Source: a virus
Taxonomy: Duplodnaviria > Caudoviricetes
IMG/VR virus record: IMGVR_UViG_2597490325_000001
Location: 96,001 to 160,000 of that record
DNA length: 64,000 bases
Direction: 5' to 3' (one strand)
Position 1 is the first letter of the stretch. Each line of letters starts with the position of its first letter. The translations under genes were made by a program, and so were the position numbers. The notes beneath the pieces were generated by a model that saw only the letters and a program-made list of their open reading frames with translations, did not search any database and was not told where the DNA came from. Below are positions 8,512-17,891 of the stretch, piece after piece.

Positions 8512-11148
8512 TTAGAAACCGCCACCTACATCTTCAGAACCTTCTTCGTTTTCTTCTTCTGAAGTAGAAATGGATTTCTCTACTTTCTCACCAGTGTATT
8601 CACGAACAATTTCATCCATAATAGAATCGAGTTCATCCCAATCTACGTTAGGTAAATTTTTCTTAGTGAAACGCATAATGAGTTTCTTCTTAAGTTTTTC
8701 CTGATCGTCTTGAGGAATGGTATCATCGAACGTCAAGTTTTCAGTAAGAGTAGTAACAAAGTTGTTAACATTACTGATTTGCTCACTTAAGTTGTTCATA
8801 TTCAGAGAAGCTGGAGAAGGGAACTTAACCGAGATATTATTAATATCAAAGTATTTAATAGCTGCTTTAGCCAAACTTTGAGTATCAGTATAGGACTTAG
8901 CATTTTTAGTCAAGATTTCATCTTTAGCTGGATCAGATTTATCATCTACTTCATTGGATTTGAAGTTTAAATTATAAATCTTACGAACTAATTCAGTATA
9001 ACCCTTACTAAGAATTACCTGATCACCGATAATATCACGAATAAAACGACTGTTTTGCATAGATAGGGTCTTAGCAAAATCTACGTTTTCTACTTCAGTT
9101 AGGTATGCTGAAGGGATTCCCATACCAGAGAAGATATTATTTGAGAGCCAATTAAGAAAATCGTCATCTAAACTCTTAGCATCTAATGCATCGATAGTTT
9201 CAAACGTAATAGGTTTTTCACCATCTACTACCGGAATGTAATAATCTTGGAATTCACCTACATAATTAATTATGGATTGCATATCCATATTAGTAATGGA
9301 GCTAATTTCTTTAGATTTTACATCACGAATAGCTTGTTGAGTAGCATTAGCAGGGTTATTATCTAAGCCTACTTCTACATATACTGCACGTTTAGGTGCT
9401 CCACGTAATACGTTTTGCATTAACAGAGTCAGTAGAGTAGTAATATAAATCTTAGCAAAGAAGAGAATATTATCAAAGATAGAATGGCCTCTATTGATCA
9501 TTACAACTTCTTCAGGCTTGAGATAAATAACACGTACTTTATCTTTACGAGTTAATTTACGGATAGATAAAGTATTGTAGATAGCTTGTTTAATTGTAGC
9601 AGATTTCTTAATAAGCTTTATATTAGACTCATCAGATAATCTGTTGGCAAAAGCTGCAGCAAGGAATTGTAAACGAGCATCATCAGCTACATCTAAACGT
9701 TGACCATTAGGGTTCTCAACATTCTTAGCGCCACTACTATGCCCACCATTACCATCAATAGGGATATCCTTACCAGAATACACCATATTTTGCAATACGT
9801 TGCCATTACCAACTGATTGGCTAGGCATAAAGGTGTAACCTTCATTACCATTGTCTACTTTATCTGAAGGCATTGTAGTACCGTCTGGATCAACCTCTAC
9901 GATATCAAGGTATAAGTAACCTAGAATATTATCTTCGAATGTAAGATCAACGATATTCCCTGGGGAGATTCGTTTAACTATAGCTTTTTCATTACCGCCA
10001 AGCTTAGTTTTAAGAATCTTTTCTTTTTCAGGGTCAGCAAGCTTTCTATTACTTCCTGGTTGAGTATTACCCTCACCAGTAGCATTGAATGGGCTTACAG
10101 CAGAACCAAAGAATCCAGAAATATTCATATCTTCACTAAGAAGTACATCTGAATATTCAGATAAAATATGACTACTATCACCAATAATAAAAGTATCTTT
10201 TAATGCTTCAGAGAACTTATCTAAAGCTGCGCCAACTTTAACGCCAGTAGCTTCTTTCTCTATACCAAATGCATCTTTAAACTCTTCTAAGAAGATAGAA
10301 CCTTGCTTAGAAAATGAAGCATTTTCACTAAGAAGTTGAGATTTATCAGCTGAATTAAGTAATCCTTCAGATAGGTTAAGAGTCTTATATGAATCAACTT
10401 TATCCAACTCTGATGCAGACTCAGAAAGCATTTGCTTAATTTCTTCGTTCATTGAAAGAACAAGATAAATTAATTTGCCGTCTCGTAAGTATGCAATTAC
10501 ATCATTCTGTAGCTTGGTATTGATATCATAATAAGTAATTAAACTTTCTACCCTATCTTTAATTTGTGCATGATCTTCTTCATTAACATTCTCTGAATCA
10601 ATCATAATATTAAGAGCGCATTTAGTAAAGTCGTCTGGAGAAATGATAGTGTTAGCTACCGTTTTCAAAGCAAGACGCATTTTAGGAATAATTCTTATAA
10701 TCAAATTATAAGTGGAAAGGTACTCCCAAAATCTACTTTTATTACTCTCTACTACATTACGAATTAGACTTTGTTGAGAAGTGGTAATTTCTTTCTTAAG
10801 CTCTTCTAATTCTTGCTTAATTTTCTTACCATTAGCTTTTCTTTTTTTACGTTCTTCTTTATCCTTTGGAGGATTAGCAAGATAGAACATTGAATCTACA
10901 GGCGGAGCTGCAGATTCAGTATTATTAGCATTAGATGCAAGTAAACGTCTAGCAACATTAGTAGCTAGTTTATCTATATCTGCATTAAGCTTATTTGTTT
11001 TAGCATTTAAATCTAGATCTTCTTTATCTAGATTATTTTGAATTTTTTCAATTCTATTATTGCTTCTTTCGAATCTTTCAGATATTTTATTCACTGCAGT
11101 CTTTGATACAGCGCCACTCAGGATATCTGGTTCTTTTTGCTTGGCCAT
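8512..11148 (-). CDS. Portal protein (T4 gp20-like, enlarged)
   Basis: RGAPKRAVYVEVG, QDYYIP..DG..ITFETI and GIPSAYL correspond to gp20 RAPERRVFYIDVG, EDYWLPRR..TEITTL and LNVP motifs; acidic tail. Confidence 0.7.
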   Translation of the reverse strand: MAKQKEPDILSGAVSKTAVNKISERFERSNNRIEKIQNNLDKEDLDLNAKTNKLNADIDKLATNVARRLLASNANNTESAAPPVDSMFYLANPPKDKEERKKRKANGKKIKQELEELKKEITTSQQSLIRNVVESNKSRFWEYLSTYNLIIRIIPKMRLALKTVANTIISPDDFTKCALNIMIDSENVNEEDHAQIKDRVESLITYYDINTKLQNDVIAYLRDGKLIYLVLSMNEEIKQMLSESASELDKVDSYKTLNLSEGLLNSADKSQLLSENASFSKQGSIFLEEFKDAFGIEKEATGVKVGAALDKFSEALKDTFIIGDSSHILSEYSDVLLSEDMNISGFFGSAVSPFNATGEGNTQPGSNRKLADPEKEKILKTKLGGNEKAIVKRISPGNIVDLTFEDNILGYLYLDIVEVDPDGTTMPSDKVDNGNEGYTFMPSQSVGNGNVLQNMVYSGKDIPIDGNGGHSSGAKNVENPNGQRLDVADDARLQFLAAAFANRLSDESNIKLIKKSATIKQAIYNTLSIRKLTRKDKVRVIYLKPEEVVMINRGHSIFDNILFFAKIYITTLLTLLMQNVLRGAPKRAVYVEVGLDNNPANATQQAIRDVKSKEISSITNMDMQSIINYVGEFQDYYIPVVDGEKPITFETIDALDAKSLDDDFLNWLSNNIFSGMGIPSAYLTEVENVDFAKTLSMQNSRFIRDIIGDQVILSKGYTELVRKIYNLNFKSNEVDDKSDPAKDEILTKNAKSYTDTQSLAKAAIKYFDINNISVKFPSPASLNMNNLSEQISNVNNFVTTLTENLTFDDTIPQDDQEKLKKKLIMRFTKKNLPNVDWDELDSIMDEIVREYTGEKVEKSISTSEEENEEGSEDVGGGF

Positions 11149-11150
11149 AA

Positions 11151-12203
11151 TTAATCCGTATTAACTAATAGATATTTATTGGTAGCAGACATAGTGAGAT
11201 CAAATACCTTCCTGATATCGGAAAAGAATTTTTCATATTCAGCTATAAGAGTTAAATCTGCGTTTAGTTTATTAATCAAAGAATTGTTTTCTGATGTAGC
11301 AGCTAATAGATATTCTTGAATATAGAACTTCATAGTTGCAAACATATCATCAAAAACAGGGTAGTTCTTTATTGATGATACTACATCAGAATATTTAGCT
11401 TCCATATAGGTTTCATCAGGGGCTTCTCCTAATGAGTTGATATGGAATATCTCATTAGTAACTAAAAATGATATAACCTTTGAAGAAGTCTTGTAGTTGA
11501 AAACATTATTGAATATTGCAGTAGATACACCAAATGCAGAATTAGAATCTGGTAGAGCTACAATATAATTAAATAACTTATCATTACTTAATTTGTTATT
11601 CAATGAATTCATTTGAGACGATATACCATTAACAAATTCTTTCATCTGGTCAGTACAATTAGTACTGTCTGGAGAGAATTGAAGTGTAGATATATCAGTA
11701 ACACTCATTCCTGTCAATATATCATTTAGAGCTTTCTCGTCAAAACTATGCTTGAAATCTGATAAGTTTGAATATAAACCCCCTACAGTAGCTTTATATG
11801 AAATATATGGTACCTTGTAGATAACTTTATCCAAAAGACCACTATTCTCTTTTTCATTATAATCTACTAGTAAATCTCTTACTGGAGAGCCTGAAGGTAT
11901 CAACCAATCAGCTGCCACAAAATCAGTTGTAGAACCATTAGATGGGAGTGGAAAATAATTTTTTTCATAGTTAGCAAGAAATTCACCTACGTATTGATCG
12001 TTTACAATAGGTAAATTTTCTACATCTGATAAAGATATTTCTTTTCTAGTAAGTAAACTAAAAATACCTTTATAATTATCTTTATCTTCAAGGTTAAAAA
12101 GTTTACTGAATGTACCAAAAGTACCTTCTTTTAAATATTTGGAAATAAATAACCTTAAGTCAGATTCATTTACTATATCAATCATACACCTACTCCTTGA
12201 CAT
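11151..12203 (-). CDS. Hypothetical protein, likely virion structural
   Basis: 350 aa, co-transcribed with portal. Confidence 0.65.
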   Translation of the reverse strand: MSRSRCMIDIVNESDLRLFISKYLKEGTFGTFSKLFNLEDKDNYKGIFSLLTRKEISLSDVENLPIVNDQYVGEFLANYEKNYFPLPSNGSTTDFVAADWLIPSGSPVRDLLVDYNEKENSGLLDKVIYKVPYISYKATVGGLYSNLSDFKHSFDEKALNDILTGMSVTDISTLQFSPDSTNCTDQMKEFVNGISSQMNSLNNKLSNDKLFNYIVALPDSNSAFGVSTAIFNNVFNYKTSSKVISFLVTNEIFHINSLGEAPDETYMEAKYSDVVSSIKNYPVFDDMFATMKFYIQEYLLAATSENNSLINKLNADLTLIAEYEKFFSDIRKVFDLTMSATNKYLLVNTD

Positions 12204-13204
12204 GCAGTTCTAATAGCTGTGCAATAAGTATACATATTATCAAATAAACTAATTATAGAGTCAAATTCTTCTTTAACTGTAGCAGTATCATTAAAGAAAG
12301 CACTACCATAGACTGTTGAGTACAAGTTGATTCGTACAAAAGTGGCATAGTTAAATTGACTTTCAAATAATGAACTTGAAAGAATGGTGGTATCAGTAAA
12401 AGAACTACTAAATGATACATTATTCTTTAATTGATTTACTGCATAAGAACCATCTTTAGTTTCATCAGCATCATAGTATAAAACCATCCCATTTAAAGCT
12501 GACATGAAATTTTCTATAAAACTGGTATATTTAGCTTGCTTAAATCCGCCTTTAGCTATATAAAATTCTAAATCAGTATAGTTAATTTTTAAACTAAGCG
12601 TATTATCAGTAGTAAAAATAAAGTAGTAATCTGAAATCTTTTTGAAGAAGTTGGTTACTAGATTATTCAGACGTCTATAACCATATTTAGTTTGGATAGC
12701 AGCGGCTTGAGAAATAATACTATTCTGTAGAGCTACCAATGAACTATCATTGATAATCTGAGTATATGCTGACATTAAAACTGTAACTGAACTTACTGAA
12801 CCATCAGTTATTCCTAATGGATCAATTACTTTGGATACAGCTATTCTGAATGGAGACAATGATGCAGTAGCAAATCTATCTGCAGTTTTACCATTCATTT
12901 CATTAATCAAATTAGTATAGGAGGCAAAGCTCTTGATCTTGGTTTTATACTGAGTAATAGCTGTTTTATTATCATTAAGATCATATATAACTAGCTTGTT
13001 TCTAATAGTAGTATTATTGATATTCATAGTGTATAAATCACTAATATCAAATACCCCATTTATCAAGAAATACACTAGTTGTTGCAATAAATTGCCATCA
13101 AGTAACTGGATAGCACCTAATACCTTTTGAACTCTTGTATCTGTTCCATCCAAAGTATTAACCCATTCTTGGATGTCAGAGTTAGAAATAGTACCTTCGT
13201 TCAT
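12182..13204 (-). CDS. Hypothetical protein, likely virion structural
   Basis: 340 aa, AAGGA RBS, in portal operon. Confidence 0.65.
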   Translation of the reverse strand: MNEGTISNSDIQEWVNTLDGTDTRVQKVLGAIQLLDGNLLQQLVYFLINGVFDISDLYTMNINNTTIRNKLVIYDLNDNKTAITQYKTKIKSFASYTNLINEMNGKTADRFATASLSPFRIAVSKVIDPLGITDGSVSSVTVLMSAYTQIINDSSLVALQNSIISQAAAIQTKYGYRRLNNLVTNFFKKISDYYFIFTTDNTLSLKINYTDLEFYIAKGGFKQAKYTSFIENFMSALNGMVLYYDADETKDGSYAVNQLKNNVSFSSSFTDTTILSSSLFESQFNYATFVRINLYSTVYGSAFFNDTATVKEEFDSIISLFDNMYTYCTAIRTACQGVGV

Positions 13205-13213
13205 TTTAAATCC

Positions 13214-13738
13214 TTACAATTTACTAATAGGTTTATAAGACATTTTGTTGGACATAAAAATTTGTGTTTCTTTATTTTGTCCATCAATATCTTCTAAGTT
13301 TAACTGTTGATAGTAAGTTTCCTGAACAACTACTAGAATACTATTAATTTCATCATCAGTTAATGTATTACCTGTCTGTGATTCATATTCTTTTGCAATA
13401 GCATACCTATAGTCATCTAGATTATTAAAGAATAATTGGTTCTCTTTAATAATATCTGAAGTATTCTCTCCAGTTAATCTAGCTATGAGATTTGATTTCA
13501 TTGTATCTACAATGTTTTCACTTAGGTTTCTATTAGTAGACGTTTTGTTACTAGAAGGGATAACGTTATTAAGGAGCTGACGCGTATCTTCAATATCCAA
13601 TCTACCATCTAGAATTTCTTGCATAAGGGGTTTGTAATCACTAATATCTAGTAATAATAATCTTTCATATAACACATAGTTCTTAGAATTTACATCTAAG
13701 CTACTAAATTTATCTTGTAATTCTTTAATATGGATCAT
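13214..13738 (-). CDS. Hypothetical protein, first gene of portal operon
   Basis: 174 aa, downstream of late motif. Confidence 0.65.
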   Translation of the reverse strand: MIHIKELQDKFSSLDVNSKNYVLYERLLLLDISDYKPLMQEILDGRLDIEDTRQLLNNVIPSSNKTSTNRNLSENIVDTMKSNLIARLTGENTSDIIKENQLFFNNLDDYRYAIAKEYESQTGNTLTDDEINSILVVVQETYYQQLNLEDIDGQNKETQIFMSNKMSYKPISKL

Positions 13739-13765
13739 TAGTTATAATCCCTTTAATAATTCAAC

Positions 13766-13777
13766 TAAAAAGATGTT
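13766..13777 (-). promoter_or_regulatory. Late-type promoter motif
   Basis: AACATCTTTTTAG. Confidence 0.65.
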
Positions 13778-13812
13778 ACAACTATAGTTTTTATATAAAA
13801 AAAAAAGAATCC

Positions 13813-13840
13813 CCCTATACCCCTTTTATGAGGTATAGGG
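13813..13840. terminator. Conserved intergenic hairpin (family copy) after DNA polymerase
   Basis: CCCTATACC...GGTATAGGG with long T-run on minus strand. Confidence 0.75.
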
Positions 13841-13848
13841 TTCTTACT

Positions 13849-14561
13849 TTAAACTGGAAGAATATTACTTACAGCTTTTCTTTTCTCACCATCAAATTGA
13901 ATTAAACTAAATCCAACAGATTCTAAGATAATATTACCTTTTTTGATAATACCATTGGTAATACTTTCAATATCTGCTAATTTTGCAAATTCGGTAGGAA
14001 ATTCCTCCCTACCAAATGGTATAGCCATAACGTCTACACCAAATCGCTCAATCATTTCAGGATGCTCATCTTTAAGAGCAAGAAGTTTGTCGTAGTACTC
14101 TTCAGGTAAGTAATCCTTAATATTATCAAATCCTACTTTCTTAAACTCAAGAATTTTCATTGATGAGTTTTCAGGAATAGTGTCTTTAGGGAATATAGCG
14201 TTCCAAACAGCCATTGCACGGAATGGCTGCATAGCATATTTATCTTTATATGCGCTAATATTCTTAATTACTCCAGGTTTAAGATATTCAGTGTTACCAC
14301 TTCGAATAGATTCAATAACTGAATATTCGAAGTTTTTAAAGTTTTTAAAGACTGTGAATGGTTTAATTTTCTCAGATAGAAGAATATTATGCTCAAGCTC
14401 ATGAGAATAGAATTCACGGGCTTTCTTAGGCGTACTTGTTTTACGAATTTGAAGACCTTTCATATCAAAGTCAGGATTATCGTAAACGTTACCTTCTTTC
14501 GCAAGTACAATACCTGTATAAGTCTTCTTGTTAGGCGTTAACATGATTCGTTTATAGTGAA
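13849..14561 (-). CDS. Family B DNA polymerase, polymerase subunit, exon 2
   Basis: After splicing reads (F)HYKRIMLTPNKKTY...MKGLQIRKTSTP (PolB KK.Y and KG motifs). Confidence 0.85.
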
Positions 14562-14911
14562 CATTTACATTCATCATAGTTCGTTAATCTATGACCGCTT
14601 TTTAAGCTGCTATATATTGCTATATAGATTAGACTATATCTTAAGTACATAACCTATTATGTACCTCTCCCCATTTCGCTTTAAAGGATTTTATAATTGA
14701 AGCCATTCCACTTCAATAACCTACCACTTGGCGCTACTCTACTTGCTTATTCACTTAGATTTCGGTCTAAGCTATGCTTTCGATAGTCGTTGAACCTTAT
14801 TCAATAATTTTTATATTATTTTAAATAATATAAAAATTCTTAAATCTTGGATGCTGATTGTCTCAATGAGAGTTCCAGCAGTTAAAGGAGTTTATAGTGA
14901 GCATCAAGTTT
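14562..14911 (-). ncRNA. Group I self-splicing intron (IA2-like, ORF-less, 350 nt)
   Basis: P1: exon AGTGAGT pairs with GCTCACT incl. U.G; core AACTGCTGGAA, AATCAGCA, GTTCAACGACTA, AAGATATAGTCT; terminal G at 14562; splicing restores the frame. Confidence 0.92.
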
Positions 14912-16172
14912 ACTCACTTTTCATATTAACTCTAGGGCGATCTTCTGGAAGTACACCAGCCGCCTTAGTTAACTTATAGAAAACATCACCGATGAAATTA
15001 GTAATAAAGTAAGTAATTACAGCACCGATACTTACACGTTTTTCTTTAGTTAATTTATCAGGGTCTTCACCTGTTGAATCACAAATGTACTCAATAAATG
15101 GACGAATGTACAAGAATGTTGAGTCAGTATCTGATAACAGTACTGTTTTTCTCATCATTGCTTTTACTTTAGTAGTTTTATTTGAGAATGGATAAGAATA
15201 GAATACGAATGCTTTCATCAATTCATTCAATTCTTGAAGACTTTCTTTAATATCTTCTGGCGGTTTCTCAAAATTAAAATAGTTTTCTACAATTAGATTA
15301 CTTGTTACAAATTCTTCAATAGAAGGTAATTTTAAAAACTCCATTAAGTTATTCTTATAATAGAGCATTTCTCTAACTGAGGCAGTTTGACTTTTAACCA
15401 CCTTAATTACCATGTTTCTAATTTCGTCTGTAACTAGGAAGGTACATTTACCAAGTAGATGCTCTACAACATCATTAGTTGTTAAATCATCATTTAAAGT
15501 AAATTCTGGATCTTCCTCAAGATTACAGATATTATACATATACTGAGTAAGTTCATGTTCAGTATCAAATGTAAAGTTACCAGACATAAAGGCTTCAAAG
15601 CCTAAAATAGCGGAAATGATAATTTGCTGTCCGGTATAAGTAATTGATGGGCCGAGGTCAGGGTTAAAGAATATGAATGAACTTGCCCCGAATGCACCAT
15701 AATAGCTGTTAGCTAGAATTTTAAAGATGAGCTGCTTGATGTCAAGGAAATTATAAAGAGATTTATCAACATCGTTGATATGTTGAAGCATTTCCTTTTT
15801 AGTTACTTTACGAGCTTTAAGTAGGAACTCAAGGAACATTCCTGGAAGGTTTTCTTTCTTATTACGGTTATAGAAAAGAGTATTAAAGCCAGTAATGATT
15901 AATCGTTTATCTTCTGGAAGAACTTTATTGTAGACGACAATATCGGCTACTGTTGCGTCCGAATAAGTTTCCTGAACGTTATTATAGACTACTCCGTTAC
16001 GATTCTTCCAATCCTGCAGATAATCGCTTTTTAGTCTATTCCAATCAACTTTTTTAGCTTTTTTTCTTCCTAATGATGTAAGTTTTTCCTTTAGATCATT
16101 AAAAAAGAAGTCAAACGCTTTCTTTTCATTTTTAGTTAAACTTTCATAAGTAATCAATGTTATACACCTCAT
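14912..16172 (-). CDS. Family B DNA polymerase, polymerase subunit, exon 1
   Basis: KILANSYYG (motif B) and SDTDS (motif C); true start may be TTG at 16157 after GAGGTG. Confidence 0.88.
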
Positions 16173-16209
16173 TTAACTAGATTTATCTCTATAAAACTAG
16201 TTTTGAAAT

Positions 16210-16221
16210 AACACTAAAATA
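16210..16221 (+). promoter_or_regulatory. Late-type promoter motif
   Basis: AACACTAAAATAG. Confidence 0.65.
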
Positions 16222-16268
16222 GAAAGTGATCAATTTTCTATTTCGTTAAACCCTTATAAGGATTTCAT

Positions 16269-16748
16269 ATGAAAAATACTATTGTTGACGAACTCTTAGC
16301 AGAAACTTCTGTCACCACGAACGATTTAAAAAATAACGCCTCTGGTGATGGTGCTGAATTCGCCGATGCAACTAATGCTGCCCTGACTGATCCTGATCTG
16401 GACATTCATGCAGATGGTATTCCACTGGAAGAACAAGAAGCTTCTCTTGCTCAACTGGCAGAATTCTACAAAAGTATGGAAGGTGAAGGCGGTGTTCTTA
16501 CTGAAGCTGCGCGTAACATCGTCCGTCTTAACCGTCAAACTAAGCTGCTGAACCTGACCAACCGTTCTGCACTGGTTATGGCTGCACGTAAAGGTGATCC
16601 GCTGTTTGCTAAATATGCTAAATTTAACAAAATGCGTAAAGCTATTCGTGCTCAGATCGTACAGAAGTATGGTGCTAAAGCTACCTCTTATGCACGTAAG
16701 CTGATGACCCAAAGTGTTGATAACACTGGTGGCGGTAAAGCTAAATAA
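16269..16748 (+). CDS. Hypothetical late protein (acidic N-half, basic C-half), likely head component
   Basis: 159 aa, AAGGA RBS, biased codons (CTG/CGT), L-x-E sites. Confidence 0.75.
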   Translation: MKNTIVDELLAETSVTTNDLKNNASGDGAEFADATNAALTDPDLDIHADGIPLEEQEASLAQLAEFYKSMEGEGGVLTEAARNIVRLNRQTKLLNLTNRSALVMAARKGDPLFAKYAKFNKMRKAIRAQIVQKYGAKATSYARKLMTQSVDNTGGGKAK

Positions 16749-16756
16749 GTTTAAAC

Positions 16757-16785
16757 CCCTATATCCCCTTTCGAGGGATATAGGG
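16757..16785. terminator. Conserved intergenic hairpin (family copy), between convergent genes
   Basis: CCCTATATCCC-CTTTCGA-GGGATATAGGG. Confidence 0.8.
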
Positions 16786-16797
16786 AGTTTTATTACT

Positions 16798-16813
16798 CTT
16801 TTTTATAATATAT
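16798..16813 (-). promoter_or_regulatory. Early-type promoter motif
   Basis: ATATATTAT-AAAAAA-G on minus strand. Confidence 0.45.
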
Positions 16814-16827
16814 TTTTGAAGTAAGGT

Positions 16828-17733
16828 TTAATCATCGTCTTCTTCAACATTTGACTCATCAATGAGTTCTAATTGAAGTTTAATTACACTACTCATATAG
16901 ACGTTTTCTTCAACTTCTTCTAGCTCAAGTTCGTCTTCCGTAGCATATCTAACGATGTTCATTTCTTCATCAGTAATGATAAATCTTTCTTCCTCTTCAG
17001 AATAGAAGAGTCTATAACCGTTTTTAATAACTAGTTCATCAAGAGATTTATCCTGATTAATCATATCATCATCTTCCTCTTCCTTTAATCTCAATACATC
17101 TTCGTCAATTTCAGTATCAGATTCTTTATTTTTTATATGTTCCGGTTTAGTTTCGCCACTACTAATAGCTTTCACATCCAGCGCCTCTACACCTTCCTCT
17201 TTCAATCTTGAGTTAAGGATATCATCAATAGACTCACCCTCAACTTCAATTACTCTGCCGCCAGAATAACTTTCAGCGGCTTTGCCACCCGATTGAAGAA
17301 GTGACATAACAAATGCAGCTAATTGATCTGGTGGAACGCCGAGGTCAGCATCGTCTCCAGAGTGTTTAGCAATATTATTTAGAATTCTCAGACGTCTATC
17401 AAGTTCTTCTGAACGTAATTTAGCTAATTGATTAAATAGAGTAGACTTAAGGCCACCTAAAGAGACAACATTACTAATTTGTTGTGCTACATAAATACCA
17501 CTAGGTTTTTTCTTTTCTTTAGTACCCATTCGCTTAGGTTTAGAAGATTCATCTTCATCTTCCATAGCGGTTAGTAATTTATCAGCATGACTAATTAGCC
17601 TGTTCTGTAGGCTTTCAATTTTAGATATTTCACTTTCTACTTTACCAGATACGTCTTTGAATTGGTTTTCAGTAATAATACTTTCTAGACGTTCTAATAA
17701 GTCGTTTTTCTGATCGACAATTTCTTCACTCAT
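16828..17733 (-). CDS. Hypothetical acidic/coiled-coil protein
   Basis: 301 aa. Confidence 0.75.
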   Translation of the reverse strand: MSEEIVDQKNDLLERLESIITENQFKDVSGKVESEISKIESLQNRLISHADKLLTAMEDEDESSKPKRMGTKEKKKPSGIYVAQQISNVVSLGGLKSTLFNQLAKLRSEELDRRLRILNNIAKHSGDDADLGVPPDQLAAFVMSLLQSGGKAAESYSGGRVIEVEGESIDDILNSRLKEEGVEALDVKAISSGETKPEHIKNKESDTEIDEDVLRLKEEEDDDMINQDKSLDELVIKNGYRLFYSEEEERFIITDEEMNIVRYATEDELELEEVEENVYMSSVIKLQLELIDESNVEEDDD

Positions 17734-17801
17734 AATAAAATTCCATAAGAGATAATGACTTATTAATACATTTCTATAATTCTATAAAAATTATTATAGA
17801 A

Positions 17802-17817
17802 ATATATTATTAAAATG
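17802..17817 (+). promoter_or_regulatory. Early-type promoter motif
   Basis: ATATATTAT-TAAAAT-G upstream of polymerase exonuclease gene. Confidence 0.65.
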
Positions 17818-17832
17818 AAATTAATAAAGAAC

Positions 17833-17844
17833 TAAAATTTTGTT
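17833..17844 (-). promoter_or_regulatory. Late-type promoter motif
   Basis: AACAAAATTTTAG toward 17733. Confidence 0.6.
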
Positions 17845-17851
17845 TACATTA

Positions 17852-17863
17852 AACAAAAAGTTA
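17852..17863 (+). promoter_or_regulatory. Late-type promoter motif
   Basis: AACAAAAAGTTAG toward 17892. Confidence 0.6.
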
Positions 17864-17891
17864 GCTTTTATGAGAAAAATGGTAAATCATT

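Noticed and set aside
14562-14577. ATG start of a separate 242-aa polymerase ORF
   Set aside because: Lies inside the intron 3' end; ORF is exon 2
14805-14838. Long AT palindrome
   Set aside because: Falls between the Q and R elements of the intron, explained as a peripheral stem
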